Origin: Auanema rhodensis
Lineage: Eukaryota; Animalia; Nematoda
Direction of reading: 5' to 3'
DNA: 64,000 bases
Assembly: GCA_964057225.1 (NCBI GenBank)
Contig: OZ059900.1
Span: 5,022,001-5,086,000 of the forward strand
Position 1 is the stretch's first letter; the number at the start of each line of letters is the position of its first letter. The notes under the pieces were generated by a model. It was not told the DNA's origin and did no database searches. It saw nothing but the letters and a program-made list of their open reading frames with translations. Below, piece by piece: positions 39,251 to 53,090 of the stretch. The position numbers were made by a program, and so were the translations under genes.

Positions 39251-41100
39251 AAAAAATTTTTTTTTCAATTCAGATGTTGAAACTCTTTAAAAATGTGTGA
39301 TAAATGTTTTGAGAGTATCGTGAAAACAAGTTGGAAAAAAATTTTTTTTTGGACTTGGAAATTTTTTTTGGACTGTGAGCCATTCGCATGGCTTAATCCT
39401 TGAGGAAAGCTACAGCGCTGACAGATTCAATCAAGTTTAAAAAAAAATTTTTTTTTCAATTCAGATGTTGAAACTCTTTAAAAATGTGTAATAAATGTTT
39501 TGAGAGTATCGTGAAAACAAGTTGGAAAAAAACTTTTTTTTGGACTTGGAAATTTTTTTTGGACTGTGAGCCATTCGCATGGCTTAATCCTTGAGGAAAG
39601 CTACAGCGCTGACAGATTCAATAAAGTTTAAAAAAAAAATTTTTTTTTTCAATCCAGATGTTGAAACTCTTTAAAAATGTGTAATAAATGTTTTGAGAGT
39701 ATCGTGAAAACAAGTTGGAAAAAATTTTTTTTTTGGACTTGGAAATTTTTTTTGGACTGTGAGCCATTCGCATGGCTTAATCCTTGAGGAAAGCTACAGC
39801 GCTGACAGATTCAATCAAGTTTAAAAAAAAATTTTTTTTTTCAATTCAGATGTTGAAACTCTTTAAAAATGTGTAATAAATGTTTTGAGAGTATCGTGAA
39901 AACAAGTTGGAAAAAAACTTTTTTTTTGGACTGTGAGTCATTCGCATGGCTTAATCCTTGAGGAAAGCTACAGCGCTGACAGATTCAATCAAGTTTAAAA
40001 AAAAAATTTTTTTTTCAATTCAGATGTTGAAACTCTTTAAAAATGTGTGATAAATGTTTTGAGAGTATCGTGAAAACAAGTTGGAAAAAAATTTTTTTTT
40101 GGACTTGGAAATTTTTTTTGGACTGTGAGCCATTCGCATGGCTTAATCCTTGAGGAAAGCTACAGCGCTGACAGATTCAATCAAGTTTAAAAAAAAATTT
40201 TTTTTTCAATTCAGATGTTGAAACTCTTTAAAAATGTGTAATAAATGTTTTGAGAGTATCGTGAAAACAAGTTGGAAAAAAACTTTTTTTTGGACTTGGA
40301 AATTTTTTTTGGACTGTGAGCCATTCGCATGGCTTAATCCTTGAGGAAAGCTACAGCGCTGACAGATTCAATAAAGTTTAAAAAAAAAATTTTTTTTTTC
40401 AATCCAGATGTTGAAACTCTTTAAAAATGTGTAATAAATGTTTTGAGAGTATCGTGAAAACAAGTTGGAAAAAATTTTTTTTTTGGACTTGGAAATTTTT
40501 TTTGGACTGTGAGCCATTCGCATGGCTTAATCCTTGAGGAAAGCTACAGCGCTGACAGATTCAATCAAGTTTAAAAAAAAATTTTTTTTTTCAATTCAGA
40601 TGTTGAAACTCTTTAAAAATGTGTAATAAATGTTTTGAGAGTATCGTGAAAACAAGTTGGAAAAAAACTTTTTTTTTGGACTGTGAGTCATTCGCATGGC
40701 TTAATCCTTGAGGAAAGCTACAGCGCTGACAGATTCAATCAAGTTTAAAAAAAAAATTTTTTTTTCAATTCAGATGTTGAAACTCTTTAAAAATGTGTGA
40801 TAAATGTTTTGAGAGTATCGTGAAAACAAGTTGGAAAAAAATTTTTTTTTGGACTTGGAAATTTTTTTTGGACTGTGAGCCATTCGCATGGCTTAATCCT
40901 TGAGGAAAGCTACAGCGCTGACAGATTCAATCAAGTTTAAAAAAAAATTTTTTTTTCAATTCAGATGTTGAAACTCTTTAAAAATGTGTAATAAATGTTT
41001 TGAGAGTATCGTGAAAACAAGTTGGAAAAAAACTTTTTTTTGGACTTGGAAATTTTTTTTGGACTGTGAGCCATTCGCATGGCTTAATCCTTGAGGAAAG
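38430..41100 (+). repeat. 4-monomer higher-order repeat, 750-bp period, ~3.5 copies
   Basis: ataaagttt at 38871, 39621 and 40371, and gtgtGataa at 39299, 40049 and 40799. Confidence 0.9.
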
Positions 41101-42649
41101 CTACAGCGCTGACAGATTCAATCAAGTTTAAAAAAAAATTTTTTTTCAATTCAGATGTTGACACTCTTTGAAAATGTGTAATAAATGTTTTGAGAATATC
41201 GTGAAAACAAGTAGGGAAAAAAATTTTTTTTGGACTTGGAAATTTTTTTTGGACTGTGAGCCATTCGCATGGCTTAATCCTTGAGGAAAGCTACAGCGCT
41301 GACAGATTCAATCAAGTTTAAAAAAAAATTTTTTTTTTCAATTCAGATGTTGAAACTCTTTAAAAATGTGTAATAAATGTTTTGAGAGTATCGTGAAAAC
41401 AAGTTGGAAAAAAACTTTTTTTTTGGACTGTGAGTCATTCGCATGGCTTAATCCTTGAGGAAAGCTACAGCGCTGACAGATTCAATCAAGTTTAAAAAAA
41501 AAATTTTTTTTTCAATTCAGATGTTGAAACTCTTTAAAAATGTGTAATAAATGTTTTGAGAGTATCGTGAAAACAAGTTGGAAAAAAACTTTTTTTTGGA
41601 CTTGGAAATTTTTTTTGGACTGTGAGCCATTCGCATGGCTTAATCCTTGAGGAAAGCTACAGCGCTGACAGATTCAATCAAGTTTAAAAAAAAATTTTTT
41701 TTCAATTCAGATGTTGACACTCTTTGAAAATGTGTAATAAATGTTTTGAGAGTATCGTGAAAACAAGTTGGAAAAAAACTTTTTTTTGGACTTGGAAATT
41801 TTTTTTGAACTGTGAGCCATTCGCATGGCTTAATCCTTGAGGAAAGCTACAGCGCTGACAGATTCAATCAAGTTTAAAAAAAAATTTTTTTTCAATTCAG
41901 ATGTTGACACTCTTTGAAAATGTGTAATAAATGTTTTGAGAGTATCGTGAAAACAAGTTGGAAAAAAATTTTTTTTTGGACTGTGAGTCATTCGCATGGC
42001 TTAATCCTTGAGGAAAGCTACAGCGCTGACAGATTCAATCAAGTTTAAAAAAAAAATTTTTTTTTCAATTCAGATGTTGAAACTCTTTAAAAATGTGTAA
42101 TAAATGTTTTGAGAGTATCGTGAAAACAAGTTGGAAAAAATTTTTTTTTGGACTGTGAGTCATTCGCATGGCTTAATCCTTGAGGAAAGCTACAGCGCTG
42201 ACAGATTCAATCAAGTTTAAAAAAAAAATTTTTTTTTTCAATCCAGATGTTGAAACTCTTTAAAAATGTGTAATAAATGTTTTGAGAGTATCGTGAAAAC
42301 AAGTTGGAAAAAATTATTTTTTTGGACTTGGAAATTTTTTTTGGACTGTGAGCCATTCGCATGGCTTAATCCTTGAGGAAAGCTACAGCGCTGACAGATT
42401 CAATCAAGTTTAAAAAAAAAATTTTTTTTCAATTCAGATGTTGAAACTCTTTAAAAATGTGTAATAAATGTTTTGAGAGTATCGTGAAAACAAGTTGGAA
42501 AAAAACTTTTTTTTTGGACTGTGAGTCATTCGCATGGCTTAATCCTTGAGGAAAGCTACAGCGCTGACAGATTCAATCAAGTTTAAAAAAAAAATTTTTT
42601 TTTCAATTCAGATGTTGAAACTCTTTAAAAATGTGTAATAAATGTTTTG

Positions 42650-45300
42650 AGAGTTTCGTGAAAACAAGTTGGAAAAAAATTTTTTTTTGGACTTGGAAAT
42701 TTTTTTTGGTCTGTGAGCCATTCGCATGGCTTAATCCTTGAGGAAAGCTACAGCGCTGACAGATTCAATCAAGTTTAAAAAAAATTTTTTTTTTCAATTC
42801 AGATGTTGAAACTCTTTAAAAATGTGTAATAAATGTTTTGAGAGTATCGTGAAAACAAGTTGGAAAAAAAATTTTTTTTGGTCTGTGAGCCATTCGCATG
42901 GGTTAATCGTTGAGGAGAGCTACAGCGCTGACAGATTCAATCAAGTTTAAAAAAAAAATTTTTTTTTCAATTCAGATGTTGAAACTCTTTAAAAATGTGT
43001 AAAAAATGTTTTGAGAGTATCGTGAAAACAAGTTGGGAAAAAAATTTTTTTGGGACTTGGAAATTTTTTTTGGTCTGTGAGCCATTCGCATGGCTTAATC
43101 CTTGAGGAAAGCTACAGCGCTGACAGATTCAATCAAGTTTAAAAAAAAATTTTTTTTCAATTCAGATGTTGAAACTCTTTAAAAATGTGTAATAAATGTT
43201 TTGAGAGTATCGTGAAAACAAGTTGGAAAAAAACTTTTTTTTGGACTTGGAAATTTTTTTTGGTCTGTGAGCCATTCGCATGGCTTAATCCTTGAGGAAA
43301 GCTACAGCGCTGACAGATTCAATCAAGTTTAAAAAAAAATTTTTTTTTCAATTCAGATGTTGAAACTCTTTAAAAATGTGTAAAAAATGTTTTGAGAGTA
43401 TCGTAAAAACAAGTTGGAAAAAATTTTTTTTGGACTTGGAAATTTTTTTTGGTCTGTGAGCCATTCGCATGGCTTAATCCTTGAGGAAAGCTACAGCGCT
43501 GACAGATTCAATCAAGTTTAAAAAAAATTTTTTTTTTTCAATTCAGATGTTGAAACTCTTTAAAAATGTGTAAAAAATGTTTTGAGAGTATCGTAAAAAC
43601 AAGTTGGAAAAAATTTTTTTTTGGACTTGGAAATTTTTTTTGGTCTGTGGGCCATTCGCATGGCTTAATCCTTGAGGAAAGCTACAGCGCTGACAGATTC
43701 AATCAAGTTTAAAAAAAATTTTTTTTTTTCAATTCAGATGTTGAAACTCTTTAAAAATGTGTAATAAATGTTTTGAGAGTATCGTGAAAACAAGTTGGAA
43801 AAAAAATTTTTTTTGGTCTGTGGGCCATTCGCATGGCTTAATCCTTGAGGAAAGCTACAGCGCTGACAGATTCAATCAAGTTTAAAAAAAATTTTTTTTT
43901 TTCAATTCAGATGTTGAAACTCTTTAAAAATGTGTAATAAATGTTTTGAGAGTATCGTGAAAACAAGTTGGAAAAAAAATTTTTTTTGGTCTGTGAGCCA
44001 TTCGCATGGGTTAATCGTTGAGGAGAGCTACAGCGCTGACAGATTCAATCAAGTTTAAAAAAAAAATTTTTTTTTCAATTCAGATGTTGAAACTCTTTAA
44101 AAATGTGTAAAAAATGTTTTGAGAGTATCGTGAAAACAAGTTGGGAAAAAAATTTTTTTGGGACTTGGAAATTTTTTTTGGTCTGTGAGCCATTCGCATG
44201 GGTTAATCGTTGAGGAGAGCTACAGCGCTGACAGATTCAATCAAGTTTAAAAAAAAAATTTTTTTTTCAATTCAGATGTTGAAACTCTTTAAAAATGTGT
44301 AATAAATGTTTTGAGAGTATCGTGAAAACAAGTTGGAAAAAAATTTTTTTTTGGTCTGTGAGCCATTCGCATGGGTTAATCGTTGAGGAAAGCTACAGCG
44401 CTGACAGATTCAATCAAGTTTAAAAAAAAATTTTTTTTCAATTCAGATGTTGACACTCTTTGAAAATGTGTAATAAATGTTTTGAGAATATCGTGAAAAC
44501 AAGTAGGGAAAAAAATTTTTTTTGGACTGTGAGCCATTCGCATGGCTTAATCCTTTAGGAAAGCTACAGCGCTGACAGATTCAATCAAGTTTAAAAAAAA
44601 TTTTTTTTTTCAATTCAGATGTTGAAACTCTTTAAAAATGTGTAATAAATGTTTTGAGAGTATCGTGAAAACAAGTTGGAAAAAAACTTTTTTTTGGACT
44701 GTGAGCCATTCGCATGGCTTAATCCTTTAGGAAAGCTACAGCGCTGACAGATTCAATCAAGTTTAAAAAAAAAATTTTTTTTAATTCAGATGTTCACACT
44801 CTTTGAAAATGTGTAATAAATGTTTTGAGAGTATCGTGAAAACAAGTTGGAAAAAAACTTTTTTTTGGACTTGGAAATTTTTTTTGGACTGTGAGCCATT
44901 CGCATGGCTTAATCCTTGAGGAAAGCTACAGCGCTGACAGATTCAATCAAGTTAAAAAAAAATTTTTTTTTCAATTCAGATGTTGAAATTTTTTAAAAAT
45001 GTGTAAAAAATGTTTTGAGAGTATCGTGAAAACAAGTTGAAAAAAAAATTTTTTTTGGACTGTGAGCCATTCGCATGGCTTAATTCTTGAGGAAAGCTAC
45101 AGCGCTGACAGATTCAATCAAGTTTAAAAAACAAAAATTTTTTTTTTCAATTCAGATGTTGAAACTCTTTAAAAATGTGTGATAAATGTTTTGAGAGTAT
45201 CGTAAAAACAAGTTGGAAAAAAAATTTTTTTTGGTCTGTGAGCCATTCGCATGGCTTAATCCTTGAGGAAAGCTACAGAGCTGACAGATTCAATCAAGTT
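42650..45300 (+). repeat. Zone of more divergent monomers
   Basis: Concentration of otherwise rare variants: ggTctgtg in most units, atggGttaatcGttgaggaGagc, tgtgGgcc, cgtAaaaac, gaaatttttt, aaaaaCaaaa and acagAgctg. Confidence 0.8.
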
Positions 45301-47890
45301 TAAAAAAAAATTTTTTTTTAATTCAGATGTTGACACTCTTTGAAAATGTGTAATAAATGTTTTGAGAGTATCGTGAAAACAAGTTGGAAAAAAACTTTTT
45401 TTTGGACTTGGAAATTTTTTTTGGACTGTGAGCCATTCGCATGGCTCAATCCTTGAGGAAAGCTACAGCGCTGACAGATTCAATCAAGTTTAAAAAAAAA
45501 ATTTTTTTAATTCAGATGTTGACACTCTTTGAAAATGTGTAATAAATGTTTTGAGAGTATCGTGAAAACAAGTTGGAAAAAAACTTTTTTTTGGACTTGG
45601 CAATTTTTTTTGGACTGTGAGCCATTCGCATGGCTTAATCCTTGAGGAAAGCTACAGAGCTGACAGATTCAATCAAGTTTAAAAAAAAATTTTTTTTTAA
45701 TTCAGATGTTGACACTCTTTGAAAATGTGTAATAAATGTTTTGAGAGTATCGTGAAAACAAGTTGGAAAAAAACTTTTTTTTGGACTTGGAAATTTTTTT
45801 TGGACTGTGAGCCATTCGCATGGCTTAATCCTTGAGGAAAGCTACAGCGCTGACAGATTCAATCAAGTTTAAAAAAAAATTTTTTTTTCAATTCAGATGT
45901 TGAAACTCTTTAAAAATGTGTAATAAATGTTTTGAGAGTATCGTGAAAACAAGTTGGAAAAAAATTTTTTTTTGGACTGTGAGTCATTCGCATGGCTTAA
46001 TCCTTGAGGAAAGCTACAGCGCTGACAGATTCAATCAAGTTTAAAAATAAACTTTTTTTTTCAATTCAGATGTTGAAACTCTTTAAAAATGTGTAAAAAA
46101 TGTTTTGAGAGTATCGTGAAAACAAGTTGGGAAAAAAATTTTTTTTTGGACTTGGAAATTTTTTTTGGTCTGTGAGCCATTCGCATGGCTTAATCCTTGA
46201 GGAAAGCTACAGCGCTGACAGATTCAATCAAGTTTAAAAAAAAATTTTTTTTTAATTCAGATGTTGACACTCTTTGAAAATGTGTAATAAATGTTTTGAG
46301 AGTATCGTGAAAACAAGTTGGAAAAAAACTTTTTTTTGGACTTGGAAATTTTTTTTGGACTGTGAGCCATTCGCATGGCTTAATCCTTGAGGAAAGCTAC
46401 AGCGCTGACAGATTCAATCAAGTTTAAAAAAAAAATTTTTTTTTCAATTCAGATGTTGAAACTCTTTAAAAATGTGTAATAAATCTTTTGAGAGTATCGT
46501 GAAAACAAGTTGGAAAAAAACTTTTTTTTGGACTTGGAAATTTTTTTTGGACTGTGAGCCATTCGCATGGCTTAATCCTTGAGGAAAGCTACAGCGCTGA
46601 CAGATTCAATCAAGTTTAAAAAAAAATTTTTTTTCAATTCAGATGTTGACACTCTTTGAAAATGTGTAATAAATGTTTTGAGAATATCGTGAAAACAAGT
46701 AGGGAAAAAAATTTTTTTTGGACTTGGAAATTTTTTTTGGACTGTGAGCCATTCGCATGGCTTAATCCTTGAGGAAAGCTACAGCGCTGACAGATTCAAT
46801 CAAGTTTAAAAAAAAATTTTTTTTTAATTCAGATGTTGACACTCTTTGAAAATGTGTAATAAATGTTTTGAGAGTATCGTGAAAACAAGTTGGAAAAAAA
46901 CTTTTTTTTGGACTTGGAAATTTTTTTTGGACTGTGAGCCATTCGCATGGCTTAATCCTTGAGGAAAGCTACAGCGCTGACAGATTCAATCAAGTTTAAA
47001 AAAAAATTTTTTTTTAATTCAGATGTTGACACTCTTTGAAAATGTGTAATAAATGTTTTGAGAGTATCGTGAAAACAAGTTGGAAAAAAACTTTTTTTTG
47101 GACTTGGAAATTTTTTTTGGACTGTGAGCCATTCGCATGGCTCAATCCTTGAGGAAAGCTACAGCGCTGACAGATTCAATCAAGTTTAAAAAAAAATTTT
47201 TTTTAATTCAGATGTTGACACTCTTTGAAAATGTGTAATAAATGTTTTGAGAGTATCGTGAAAACAAGTTGGAAAAAAACTTTTTTTTGGACTTGGCAAT
47301 TTTTTTTGGACTGTGAGCCATTCGCATGGCTTAATCCTTGAGGAAAGCTACAGCGCTGACAGATTCAATCAAGTTTAAAAAAAAATTTTTTTTTAATTCA
47401 GATGTTGACACTCTTTGAAAATGTGTAATAAATGTTTTGAGAGTATCGTGAAAACAAGTTGGAAAAAAACTTTTTTTTGGACTTGGAAATTTTTTTTGGA
47501 CTGTGAGCCATTCGCATGGCTTAATCCTTGAGGAAAGCTACAGCGCTGACAGATTCAATCAAGTTTAAAAAAAAATTTTTTTTTCAATTCAGATGTTGAA
47601 ACTCTTTAAAAATGTGTAATAAATGTTTTGAGAGTATCGTGAAAACAAGTTGGAAAAAAATTTTTTTTTGGACTGTGAGTCATTCGCATGGCTTAATCCT
47701 TGAGGAAAGCTACAGCGCTGACAGATTCAATCAAGTTTAAAAATAAACTTTTTTTTTCAATTCAGATGTTGAAACTCTTTAAAAATGTGTAAAAAATGTT
47801 TTGAGAGTGTCGTGAAAACAAGTTGGGAAAAAAATTTTTTTTTGGACTTGGAAATTTTTTTTGGTCTGTGAGCCATTCGCATGGCTTAAT
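45290..47890 (+). repeat. 9-monomer duplication, 1696-bp offset
   Basis: atggctCaat at 45447/47143 and aaaaaTaaac at 46048/47744. Confidence 0.78.
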
Positions 47891-48649
47891 CGTTGAGGAA
47901 AGCTACAGCGCTGACAGATTCAATCAAGTTTAAAAAAAAAATTTTTTTTAATTCAGATGTTCACACTCTTTGAAAATGTGTAATAAATGTTTTGAGAGTA
48001 TCGTGAAAACAAGTTGGAAAAAAACTTTTTTTTGGACTTGGAAATTTTTTTTGGACTGTGAGCCATTCGCATGGCTTAATCCTTTAGGAAAGCTACAGCG
48101 CTGACAGATTCAATCAAGTTTAAAAAAAAAAATTTTTTTAATTCAGATGTTCACACTCTTTGAAAATGTGTAATAAATGTTTTGAGAGTATCGTGAAAAC
48201 AAGTTGGAAAAAAACTTTTTTTTGGACTTGGAAATTTTTTTTGGACTGTGAGCCATTCGCATGGCTTAATCCTTGAGGAAAGCTACAGCGCTGACAGATT
48301 CAATCAAGTTTAAAAAAAAATTTTTTTTTAATTCAGATGTTGACACTCTTTGAAAATGTGTAATAAATGTTTTGAGAGTATCGTGAAAACAAGTTGGAAA
48401 AAAACTTTTTTTTGGACTTGGAAATTTTTTTTGGACTGTGAGCCATTCGCATGGCTTAATCCTTGAGGAAAGCTACAGCGCTGACAGATTCAATCAAGTT
48501 TAAAAAAAAAATTTTTTTTAATTCAGATGTTGACACTCTTTGAAAATGTGTAATAAATGTTTTGAGAGTATCGTGAAAACAAGTTGGAAAAAAACTTTTT
48601 TTTGGACTTGGCAATTTTTTTTGGACTGTGAGCCATTCGCATGGCTTAA

Positions 48650-51600
48650 TCCTTGAGGAAAGCTACAGCGCTGACAGATTCAATCAAGTTTAAAAAAAAA
48701 TTTTTTTTTCAATTCAGATGTTGAAACTCTTTAAAAATGTGTAATAAATGTTTTGAGAGTATCGTGAAAACAAGTTGGGAAAAAATTTTTTTTTGGACTG
48801 TGAGTCATTCGCATGGCTTAATCCTTGAGGAAAGCTACAGCGCTGACAGATTCAATCAAGTTTAAAAATAAATTTTTTTTTTCAATTCAGATGTTGAAAC
48901 TCTTTAAAAATGTGTAAAAAATGTTTTGAGAGTATCGTGAAAACAAGTTGGGAAAAAAATTTTTTTGGGACTTGGAAATTTTTTTTGGACTGTGAGCCAT
49001 TCGCATGGCTTAATCCTTGAGGAAAGCTACAGCGCTGACAGATTCAATCAAGTTTAAAAAAAAATTTTTTTTCAATTCAGATGTTGACACTCTTTGAAAA
49101 TGTGTAATAAATGTTTTGAGAGTATCGTGAAAACAAGTTGGAAAAAAACTTTTTTTTGGACTTGGAAATTTTTTTTGGACTGTGAGCCATTCGCATGGCT
49201 TAATCCTTGAGGAAAGCTACAGCGCTGACAGATTCAATCAAGTTTAAAAAAAAAAATTTTTTTTTCAATTCAGATGTTGAAACTCTTTAAAAATGTGTAA
49301 AAAATGTTTTGAGAGTATCGTGAAAACAAGTTGGAAAAAAATTTTTTTTTGGACTGTGAGTCATTCGCATGGCTTAATCCTTGAGGAAAGCTACAGCGCT
49401 GACAGATTCAATCAAGTTTAAAAATAAATTTTTTTTTTCAATTCAGATGTTGAAACTCTTTAAAAATGTGTAAAAAATGTTTTGAGAGTATCGTGAAAAC
49501 AAGTTGGAAAAAAATTTTTTTGGGACTTGGAAATTTTTTTTGGTCTGTGAGCCATTCGTATGGCTTAATCCTTGAGGAAAGCTACAGCGCTGACAGATTC
49601 AATCAAGTTTAAAAAAAAATTTTTTTTTTCAATTCAGATGTTGAAACTCTTTAAGAATGTGTAAAAAATGTTTTGAGAGTATCGTGAAAACAAGTTGGAA
49701 AAAAATTTTTTTTGGTCTGTGAGCCTTTCGCATGGCTTAATCCTTGAGGAAAGCTACAGCGCTGACAGATTCAATCAAGTTTAAAAAAAAAATTTTTTTT
49801 CAATTCAGATGTTGAAACTCTTTAAAAATGTGTAATAAATGTTTTGAGAGTATCGTGAAAACAAGTTGGAAAAAAACTTTTTTTTGGACTTGGAAATTTT
49901 TTTTGGACTGTGAGCCATTCGCATGGCTTAATCCTTGAGGAAAGCTACAGCGCTGACAGATTCAATCAAGTTTAAAAAAAAATTTTTTTTCAATTCAGAT
50001 GTTGACACTCTTTGAAAATGTGTAATAAATGTTTTGAGAGTATCGTGAAAACAAGTTGTAAAAAAACTTTTTTTTGGACTTGGAAATTTTTTTTGGACTG
50101 TGAGCCATTCGCATGGCTTAATCCTTGAGGAAAGCTACAGCGCTGACAGATTCAATCAAGTTTAAAAAAAAATTTTTTTTCAATTCAGATGTTGACACTC
50201 TTTGAAAATGTGTAATAAATGTTTTGAGAGTATCGTGAAAACAAGTTGGAAAAAAACTTTTTTTTGGACTTGGAAATTTTTTTTGGACTGTGAGCCATTC
50301 GCATGGCTTAATCCTTGAGAAAAGCTACAGCGCTGACAGATTCAATCAAGTTTAAAAAAAAAATTTTTTTTTCAATTCAGATGTTGAAACTCTTTAAAAA
50401 TGTGTAATAAATGTTTTGAGAGTATCGTGAAAACAAGTTGGAAAAAAATTTTTTTTTGGACTGTGAGTCATTCGCATGGCTTAATCCTTGAGGAAAGCTA
50501 CAGCGCTGACAGATTCAATCAAGTTTAAAAATAAACTTTTTTTTTCAATTCAGATGTTGAAACTCTTTAAAAATGTGTAAAAAATGTTTTGAGAGTATCG
50601 TGAAAACAAGTTGGGAAAAAAATTTTTTTGGGACTTGGAAATTTTTTTTGGACTGTGAGCCATTCGCATGGCTTAATCCTTGAGGAAAGCTACAGCGCTG
50701 ACAGATTCAATCAAGTTTAAAAAAAAATTTTTTTTCAATTCAGATGTTGACACTCTTTGAAAATGTGTAATAAATGTTTTGAGAGTATCGTGAAAACAAG
50801 TTGGAAAAAAACTTTTTTTTGGACTTGGAAATTTTTTTTGGACTGTGAGCCATTCGCATGGCTTAATCCTTGAGGAAAGCTACAGCGCTGACAGATTCAA
50901 TCAAGTTTAAAAAAAAAAATTTTTTTTTCAATTCAGATGTTGAAACTCTTTAAAAATGTGTAAAAAATGTTTTGAGAGTATCGTGAAAACAAGTTGGAAA
51001 AAAATTTTTTTTTGGACTGTGAGTCATTCGCATGGCTTAATCCTTGAGGAAAGCTACAGCGCTGACAGATTCAATCAAGTTTAAAAATAAATTTTTTTTT
51101 TCAATTCAGATGTTGAAACTCTTTAAAAATGTGTAAAAAATGTTTTGAGAGTATCGTGAAAACAAGTTGGAAAAAAATTTTTTTGGGACTTGGAAATTTT
51201 TTTTGGTCTGTGAGCCATTCGTATGGCTTAATCCTTGAGGAAAGCTACAGCGCTGACAGATTCAATCAAGTTTAAAAAAAAATTTTTTTTTTCAATTCAG
51301 ATGTTGAAACTCTTTAAGAATGTGTAAAAAATGTTTTGAGAGTATCGTGAAAACAAGTTGGAAAAAAATTTTTTTTGGTCTGTGAGCCTTTCGCATGGCT
51401 TAATCCTTGAGGAAAGCTACAGCGCTGACAGATTCAATCAAGTTTAAAAAAAAAATTTTTTTTCAATTCAGATGTTGAAACTCTTTAAAAATGTGTAATA
51501 AATGTTTTGAGAGTATCGTGAAAACAAGTTGGAAAAAAACTTTTTTTTGGACTTGGAAATTTTTTTTGGACTGTGAGCCATTCGCATGGCTTAATCCTTG

Positions 51601-53090
51601 AGGAAAGCTACAGCGCTGACAGATTCAATCAAGTTTAAAAAAAAATTTTTTTTCAATTCAGATGTTGACACTCTTTGAAAATGTGTAATAAATGTTTTGA
51701 GAGTATCGTGAAAACAAGTTGGAAAAAAACTTTTTTTTGGACTTGGAAATTTTTTTTGGACTGTGAGCCATTCGCATGGCTTAATCCTTGAGGAAAGCTA
51801 CAGCGCTGACAGATTCAATCAAGTTTAAAAATAAACTTTTTTTTTCAATTCAGATGTTGAAACTCTTTAAAAATGTGTAAAAAATGTTTTGAGAGTATCG
51901 TGAAAACAAGTTGGGAAAAAAATTTTTTTGGGACTTGGAAATTTTTTTTGGACTGTGAGCCATTCGCATGGCTTAATCCTTGAGGAAAGCTACAGCGCTG
52001 ACAGATTCAATCAAGTTTAAAAAAAAATTTTTTTTCAATTCAGATGTTGACACTCTTTGAAAATGTGTAATAAATGTTTTGAGAGTATCGTGAAAACAAG
52101 TTGGAAAAAAACTTTTTTTTGGACTTGGAAATTTTTTTTGGACTGTGAGCCATTCGCATGGCTTAATCCTTGAGGAAAGCTACAGCGCTGACAGATTCAA
52201 TCAAGTTTAAAAAAAAAAATTTTTTTTTCAATTCAGATGTTGAAACTCTTTAAAAATGTGTAAAAAATGTTTTGAGAGTATCGTGAAAACAAGTTGGAAA
52301 AAAATTTTTTTTTGGACTGTGAGTCATTCGCATGGCTTAATCCTTGAGGAAAGCTACAGCGCTGACAGATTCAATCAAGTTTAAAAATAAATTTTTTTTT
52401 TCAATTCAGATGTTGAAACTCTTTAAAAATGTGTAAAAAATGTTTTGAGAGTATCGTGAAAACAAGTTGGAAAAAAATTTTTTTGGGACTTGGAAATTTT
52501 TTTTGGTCTGTGAGCCATTCGTATGGCTTAATCCTTGAGGAAAGCTACAGCGCTGACAGATTCAATCAAGTTTAAAAAAAAATTTTTTTTTTCAATTCAG
52601 ATGTTGAAACTCTTTAAGAATGTGTAAAAAATGTTTTGAGAGTATCGTGAAAACAAGTTGGAAAAAAATTTTTTTTGGTCTGTGAGCCTTTCGCATGGCT
52701 TAATCCTTGAGGAAAGCTACAGCGCTGACAGATTCAATCAAGTTTAAAAAAAAAATTTTTTTTCAATTCAGATGTTGAAACTCTTTAAAAATGTGTAATA
52801 AATGTTTTGAGAGTATCGTGAAAACAAGTTGGAAAAAAACTTTTTTTTGGACTTGGAAATTTTTTTTGGACTGTGAGCCATTCGCATGGCTTAATCCTTG
52901 AGGAAAGCTACAGCGCTGACAGATTCAATCAAGTTTAAAAAAAAATTTTTTTTCAATTCAGATGTTGACACTCTTTGAAAATGTGTAATAAATGTTTTGA
53001 GAGTATCGTGAAAACAAGTTGGAAAAAAACTTTTTTTTGGACTTGGAAATTTTTTTTGGACTGTGAGCCATTCGCATGGCTTAATCCTTG
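48650..53090 (+). repeat. Variable higher-order repeat (1663-bp then 1300-bp period)
   Basis: ttcgTatgg occurs at 49559, 51222 and 52522, each followed by tttaaGaatg and gagccTttcg. Confidence 0.82.
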
